In this document: positions 18,496-22,709 of the stretch, piece by piece
How the letters are laid out: each line of letters begins with the position of its first letter
How positions within the stretch are numbered: position 1 is the first letter of the stretch
Source of the DNA: a virus
Direction: 5' to 3' (one strand)
Length of the DNA: 22,709 bases
UHGV virus genome: UHGV-2199615
Notes under the pieces: model-generated
What the model was told of the DNA's origin: nothing
Databases searched by the model: none
What the model saw: only the letters and a program-made list of their open reading frames with translations
Translations under genes and position numbers: made by a program

Positions 18496-18722
18496 TGTTG
18501 GCTCCGTTTATCCGTTAAAAGGGATATCAGTTAAGTTATCCCGTGTAGGGTATAAGCCATTGTCGAGACCACTCATTGAATGGTCTCTGCAATAACCGAT
18601 GTCTTTCCATCAGTCCGCCACCACAAAGAATCTTTTTTGCCATAAGGCAGGAGGTTCATCTTTCAGTGGCTGCCAGTGTTATTTCCCCACTTTCTGGCTT
18701 GGGTTGTTTCGCTGTACTGCCG

Positions 18723-19265
18723 TTAATTGGTGAGTCCGGGGATTACGGTTTGCCCGTGCTGTTCAAGGCGTTCAATTCTCGCCAGTAGCTGAGGCTTCTT
18801 AATTTTTCCCCAGCGATTAAGCAGGCGGCCTGACATGCTGGCAACATCCTTCTCTTTCATGTACTCCAGCATTACGGCATTTCTCTCTTCTTCAAATTGA
18901 CGATGACCAACCTGAAGCATGGCGTACATCCAGTTGAATGCGTTGATGTAAGCAATTTTGATACGCATTGCTTCTTTTTTGGTGTAGGACATAACCAAAA
19001 GCATCAACCCATCCTTGCGGAGACGGTAGAATTTTTGCGGCTTACCATTCTGTAACTCATTGTTTTTATAGCAAAGCTCAAAGTTGAGCTTTGTATCAAA
19101 CTCAGGAGGGCAAGCTTCTATGGTTCGTTCAATGTCACGAACCACGTTCTTCGGCAGCTTTCCAAATGCTTTTGCCACCATAAAAGAATCTGTAACCGGA
19201 TCGTTGTTTGCTACAAAAATTAGGTCTCTGAAATCTATATCGTTAACAACGGTTGGGTAGTTCAT
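18723..19265 (-). CDS. rha: Rha-family phage regulatory protein
   Basis: ORF 18723..19334; start chosen at internal Met (MNYPTVVNDIDFRDLIFVANNDPVTDSFMVAKAFGKLPKNVVRDIERTIE...). The VTDS..VA..FGK..KNV.RDI pattern is typical of the Rha domain as I recall it. Confidence 0.7.
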   Translation of the reverse strand: MNYPTVVNDIDFRDLIFVANNDPVTDSFMVAKAFGKLPKNVVRDIERTIEACPPEFDTKLNFELCYKNNELQNGKPQKFYRLRKDGLMLLVMSYTKKEAMRIKIAYINAFNWMYAMLQVGHRQFEEERNAVMLEYMKEKDVASMSGRLLNRWGKIKKPQLLARIERLEQHGQTVIPGLTN

Positions 19266-19412
19266 TGCGTCTTTACCTTTTAGAAAGATGAGCCTGTTCG
19301 CACAGAAAAGCCGCCCCGAGATGGTCGCCACCATATACGGCAGTTCTCAGGCTCAGCTTTCTGAAAGACTCGGGATTGTTACGCGCTGCGATGCGCGGTT
19401 TACTGCAGATAT

Positions 19413-19436
19413 AAAAAAGCCCCGCGAATGCGAGGC
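19413..19436 (-). terminator. Intrinsic terminator downstream of the lysis cassette
   Basis: Minus-strand RNA reads GCCUCGC-AUUC-GCGGGGC followed by UUUUUUAUAUC (plus strand a6-gccccgc-gaat-gcgaggc). Confidence 0.55.
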
Positions 19437-19610
19437 TAAATCCTGGTATTTGTAATGACTGGCTCTTATCTCAACGCAGCCCCTTACCGCGCGCCAGATG
19501 CTCAATATCAAGCATCAGCAATGAGATGTTTAATCTGGATTCACTCCAGAAGTGATCACCACCCTGTCTACAGAGCCAGATGTGAAGGATGATGAGTAAA
19601 ATTATCGCTA

Positions 19611-20048
19611 TCATCGAAGGCATTGCGTCCTGATGTACTCCTGCAGGTAGTTAACCTGCGCGGTTATCCTGTCGATTCCACTTCGGAGACGGTAATAATT
19701 GAGTTCAGCATCTGCTGTAAGTCTTGGGTTTTCTCCATCGCCCATGCTGCTGGCTCCGGTCGTTGACTTTGCACAGGTGGCGGCGACTTGCAGGCGCTTA
19801 CGCCCAGCAGAAACATCAGCACGGAGACTTTCGATAGTCGCGTTAGCATCAGCAAGCTCCTTTGTGTATCTTGCGTCGAGTTCTGCTACATCACGTTGAC
19901 GCTTCCGCATATCAGCGATGATGGATGTGGCTTTATCGCGCTGCTCTTTGTAGGCGATTGCATTATCACGGTAATGATTAACAGCCCATGACAGGCAGAC
20001 GATGATGCAAATAATCAGAGCGGAGATAATCGCGGTGACTCTGCTCAT
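19611..20048 (-). CDS. Rz: Rz i-spanin (lambda Rz-like)
   Basis: 145 aa; N-terminal TM segment ([20 protein letters not shown]) then a charged coiled-coil region; start overlaps the R stop; lambda gene order S-R-Rz. Confidence 0.85.
   Translation of the reverse strand: MSRVTAIISALIICIIVCLSWAVNHYRDNAIAYKEQRDKATSIIADMRKRQRDVAELDARYTKELADANATIESLRADVSAGRKRLQVAATCAKSTTGASSMGDGENPRLTADAELNYYRLRSGIDRITAQVNYLQEYIRTQCLR
19664..19855 (-). CDS. Rz1: Rz1 o-spanin lipoprotein, embedded in the +1 frame of Rz
   Basis: 63-aa ORF entirely inside Rz; lipobox-like LLGVSAC followed by a proline-rich stretch ([13 protein letters not shown]), as in lambda Rz1. Confidence 0.7.
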   Translation of the reverse strand: MLMLTRLSKVSVLMFLLGVSACKSPPPVQSQRPEPAAWAMEKTQDLQQMLNSIITVSEVESTG

Positions 20049-20521
20049 ACCTCAATCTCTCTGACCGTTCCGCCAGCCTCTTTGAATTTTGCAATCAGGT
20101 TGTCAGCCTTATGCTCGAACTGACCATAACCAGCGCCCGGCAGTGAAGCCCAGATATTGCTGCAACGGTCGATTGCCTGACGAATATCACCGCGGTCAAT
20201 CATCGGTAAAGCGCCACGCTCTTTAATCTGCTGCAATGCCACAGCGTCCTGACTTTTCGGAGAGAAGTCTTTCAGACCAAGCTGCTTACGGTAGGCATCC
20301 CACCAACGGGAAAGAAGCTGGTAGCGTCCGGCGGCTGTTGATTTGAGTTTTGGGTTTAGCGTGACAAGCTTGCGAGGGTGATCGGAGTAATCAGTAAATA
20401 GCTCTCCGCCTACAATGACGTCATAACCATGATTTCTGGTTTTCTGCCGTCCGTTATCAGTTCCCTCTGACCACGCCAGCATATCGAGGAACGCCTTACG
20501 TTGATTATTGATTTCCACCAT
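20045..20521 (-). CDS. R: Endolysin R (lambda-type lytic transglycosylase)
   Basis: 158 aa, [51 protein letters not shown]...; matches lambda R almost residue for residue as I recall it. Confidence 0.9.
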   Translation of the reverse strand: MVEINNQRKAFLDMLAWSEGTDNGRQKTRNHGYDVIVGGELFTDYSDHPRKLVTLNPKLKSTAAGRYQLLSRWWDAYRKQLGLKDFSPKSQDAVALQQIKERGALPMIDRGDIRQAIDRCSNIWASLPGAGYGQFEHKADNLIAKFKEAGGTVREIEV

Positions 20522-20828
20522 CTTCTACTCCGGCTTTTTTAGCAGCGAAGCGTTTGATAAGCGAACCAATCGAGTCAGTACCGATGTAGCCGATGAACAC
20601 GCTCGTTATATAAGCGAGATTGCTACTTAGTCCGGCGAAGTCGAGAAGGTCACGAATGAACCAGGCGATAATGGCGCACATCGTTGCGTCGATTACTGTT
20701 TTTGTAAACGCACCGCCATTATATCTGCCGCGAAGGTACGCCATTGCAAACGCAAGGATTGCCCCGATGCCTTGTTCCTTTGCCGCGAGAATGGCGGCTA
20801 ACAGGTCATGTTTTTCTGGCATCTTCAT
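20505..20828 (-). CDS. S: Holin S (lambda class I holin with dual-start MKM antiholin/holin motif)
   Basis: 107 aa, [39 protein letters not shown]...; essentially the lambda S107 sequence as I recall it. Confidence 0.9.
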   Translation of the reverse strand: MKMPEKHDLLAAILAAKEQGIGAILAFAMAYLRGRYNGGAFTKTVIDATMCAIIAWFIRDLLDFAGLSSNLAYITSVFIGYIGTDSIGSLIKRFAAKKAGVEDGGNQ

Positions 20829-21424
20829 GTCTTACCCCCAATAAGGGGATTTGCTCTATTTAATTAGGAATAAGGTCGATTACTGATAGAACAAATCCAG
20901 GCTACTGTGTTTAGTAATCAGATTTGTTCGTGACCGATATGCACGGGCAAAACGGCATGAGGTTGTTAGCGCAACCTCATGCCACCCGCTTTCACGAAGG
21001 TCATGTGTAGAAGGCCGCAGCATAACTATCACTGATGAATTCAGGATAGCCAGTGGCTACGGCTCAGGTTGGGTTGTGGCGGTCGGTGCTGAACTCCGAC
21101 TTAATGACGATAGGCGTGTACCGACGCCTCGTTTTACTTCCTCCGCTTTCACGGCTTCACCCTAGACCAGCTTTACGAAATCCTCGTAAACCTAACCGCG
21201 GCAGATATGACCGGCACGGTGTGCCATATCACGGACCGGCGGGTGTCTCGTTCACCTGATTAACGCATCAGCCTGCGTATTCACCACAACGATAAGAGTA
21301 CTGCGCGGCACCTTTCACCAATTCCGCGAGGTCTGCGGGTTCAATGCTCTTACCTGTTGTGCAAACAAAAAAGCCACCGTTGCAACTTAAGAGTCACTAA
21401 CGGCAGCTTACCTTCTAATTATGG
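20829..21424 (-). promoter_or_regulatory. Late-operon leader (expected to hold the late promoter PR', qut site and leader terminator)
   Basis: About 600-bp non-coding gap between the Q-like antiterminator and holin S, as in lambdoid phages; exact -35/-10 elements could not be assigned by eye. Confidence 0.35.
20954..20983 (-). terminator. Strong stem-loop in the Q-S intergenic region, possible terminator/attenuator of the late leader
   Basis: Perfect 12-bp stem ggcatgaggttg/caacctcatgcc with a 6-nt loop; on the minus strand it is followed by GUUUUGCCCG. Confidence 0.4.
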
Positions 21425-21943
21425 CTAAATGGATAATTGCATGTCAAGGTTTTTAACAGCAACATGCTTAACTTTCTCAACACGTTTACGCATTTTGAAA
21501 GCATTTTGCATTGGCTGGTATAAAACAAATAATGACGCTTTCAGGATGTCGTCAATTTCGTTTCTACAGGTTGCCAGTGAAGGTTTTCTCCATCCCTCGC
21601 CACCACGTCCACACATCTTGCGTGGCTTTGCAGTCGCGTGATAGTAGGATGCAATTGCTCGCTTAGATGAACCATGAGCGTAGTAGCTGAGGAGGATGCC
21701 AAAGGCTTTCTTGTCAATGTACATGACGGAATCAACGACCTGAGAAATCAACATTCCATCATCATCATTACACATTGGCCTTGTCATAATTCTTCCCGGC
21801 TCTACGCTCTCCATGAACTTCGCTATTACGCTGCTCATGCGCTTTTCCAGACGACCTGAATAAACCCATGCGCCCCACAGTTCAAGCCAGCCATTCAGCC
21901 ACTCGTGCTGCTCTTTGGTGAGGTTTAGTTCTCTTATGCTCAT
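21425..21943 (-). CDS. Late-gene antiterminator Q (P22 gp23-type)
   Basis: 172 aa immediately upstream of the late leader and lysis genes; WLELWGAWVYSG and RPMCNDDDGMLIS resemble P22 gp23 motifs (LERWGAW, CCDDDAM) as I recall them. Confidence 0.65.
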   Translation of the reverse strand: MSIRELNLTKEQHEWLNGWLELWGAWVYSGRLEKRMSSVIAKFMESVEPGRIMTRPMCNDDDGMLISQVVDSVMYIDKKAFGILLSYYAHGSSKRAIASYYHATAKPRKMCGRGGEGWRKPSLATCRNEIDDILKASLFVLYQPMQNAFKMRKRVEKVKHVAVKNLDMQLSI

Positions 21944-22128
21944 CGTCTTCCCCTCTTGCCTTGTTTGACCATCAGGACGCCGTTAACTATTACGTGACGC
22001 TCGCCTTTGCTGTCTCGGTTGTACTTGAGCACTGTTCCTCTTGCGCAGGAAAGCATCCTCGCCACTTCGGTCTGATTGCCTCGTGTCTGGATAAGAAGCT
22101 CTGGTATCGTTTGAATTGTGGCGTTCAT
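21940..22128 (-). CDS. ninH: NinH-like protein
   Basis: 62 aa; IPELLIQTRGNQTEVARMLSCARGTVLKYNRDSKGERHVIVNGVLMV resembles lambda NinH (..GNQTEVARRLKCSRGTVRKY..) as I recall it; start overlaps the rusA stop. Confidence 0.7.
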   Translation of the reverse strand: MNATIQTIPELLIQTRGNQTEVARMLSCARGTVLKYNRDSKGERHVIVNGVLMVKQGKRGRR

Positions 22129-22328
22129 GCGTTCTCCAGTTCGGTGATTTTTATTCCAAGCCTTCCGCCTGGTACTTTCACACCACGAATTACGCGAATG
22201 TCATCGAATTGCTCGTCGTCTTCCGCAAATCCGGCGTGGATAAGGGAGTCGAGTAAACCTTTCAGGATGTTGTCGAGGTCGCGGCGGCGGGAGTCTGGAA
22301 CGTCTGCGATGACTTTGATACGGAGTCG
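22125..22328 (-). pseudogene. rusA: rusA-like Holliday-junction resolvase, 3' fragment; 5' part displaced by an IS insertion
   Basis: Residues RRDLDNILKGLLDSLIHAGFAEDDEQFDDIRVIRG resemble the RusA C-terminus. The first 31 codons of the 98-aa ORF 22125..22421 are encoded by IS-end sequence, so the native gene is interrupted at about 22328/22329. Confidence 0.65.
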
Positions 22329-22709
22329 TGAACCGCCCCGGGAATCCTGGAGACTAAACTTCCTGAGAAAGAGGTAAACAGGATGACTAAAAATACTCGT
22401 TTTTCCCCCGAAGTCCGTCAACGGGCAGTCCGTATGGTTCTGGAAAGTCAGAGCGAATATGACTCACAATGGGCGACAATTTGTTCCATTGCTCCAAAGA
22501 TTGGCTGTACGCCGGAGACTCTGCGTGTCTGGGTTCGCCAGCATGAGCGGGATACCGGGGGCGGTGATGGAGGGCTCACCACCGCTGAACGTCAGCGTCT
22601 GAAAGAGCTGGAACGTGAAAATCGTGAACTGCGCCGCAGTAACGATATCCTTCGCCAGGCTTCCGCTTATTTTGCGAAGGCGGAGTTCGACCGCCTCTGG
22701 AAAAAATAA
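22329..22709 (+). mobile_element. IS3-family insertion sequence, IS629/IS1203-like, left end and orfA (continues beyond window)
   Basis: Terminal sequence TGAACCGCCCCGGGAATCCTGGAGACTAAAC starts at 22329 and is followed by orfA; matches the IS629 left end as I recall it. Confidence 0.8.
22383..22709 (+). CDS. IS3-family transposase OrfA (IS629-like, 108 aa)
   Basis: [57 protein letters not shown]...: HTH N-terminus and leucine-zipper-like C-terminus typical of IS3 OrfA; stop at the window end. OrfB (-1 frameshift) would lie beyond the window. Confidence 0.85.
   Translation: MTKNTRFSPEVRQRAVRMVLESQSEYDSQWATICSIAPKIGCTPETLRVWVRQHERDTGGGDGGLTTAERQRLKELERENRELRRSNDILRQASAYFAKAEFDRLWKK

Noticed and set aside
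19335-19610. bor-like lipoprotein gene opposite the lysis cassette, as in lambda
   Set aside because: No ORF of suitable size or signal peptide on the plus strand; the region holds only a terminator hairpin, and a Rha gene follows instead.
21361-21400. T-tract (ggcttttttg on the minus strand) 30-50 nt downstream of Q as a tR'-like terminator
   Set aside because: Upstream sequence forms only a weak, imperfect stem (the GTTGCAAC palindrome cannot form a stable hairpin); left as part of the unresolved late-promoter leader rather than called a terminator.
20829-21424. Possible tRNA genes between Q and the lysis genes, as in some Stx-type lambdoid phages
   Set aside because: No GTTCGA/TCGAAC T-loop motif or CCA-proximal acceptor stem pattern found by eye on either strand; the region appears to be leader sequence only.
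1-22709. CRISPR array or other tandem repeat array
   Set aside because: No regularly spaced direct repeats seen anywhere; the repeats present are isolated inverted repeats (terminators or operators).

Overview
This window is almost entirely the late region of a mosaic lambdoid prophage of the P22/Sf6 type, transcribed on the minus strand (high to low coordinates). Reading in transcription order: an IS629-like IS3-family element (22329 to window end) inserted into a rusA-like resolvase gene, then ninH, a P22 gp23-type antiterminator Q, a lambda-type lysis cassette (S holin, R endolysin, Rz with embedded Rz1), a Rha-family regulator, a small ORF, small and large terminase, portal, scaffold, coat, gp4/gp10/gp26-like tail accessory and needle proteins, gp14/gp7/gp20/gp16-like ejection proteins, an accessory cargo island (about 2364-4500), a P22-like immI region (mnt-like, arc-like, ant) and the 5' part of a tailspike gene that runs off the window. 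The most interesting part is the cargo island at the position where P22 carries sieA: a small polytopic membrane protein, a two-gene operon of an unknown 188-aa protein followed by a protein that looks like a YafO-family toxin, and a ClpP-fold protein translationally coupled to the mnt-like repressor gene. All homology calls are made by eye against sequences I recall, not by database search, and need HMM/BLAST confirmation. No rRNA, tRNA or CRISPR array was found.
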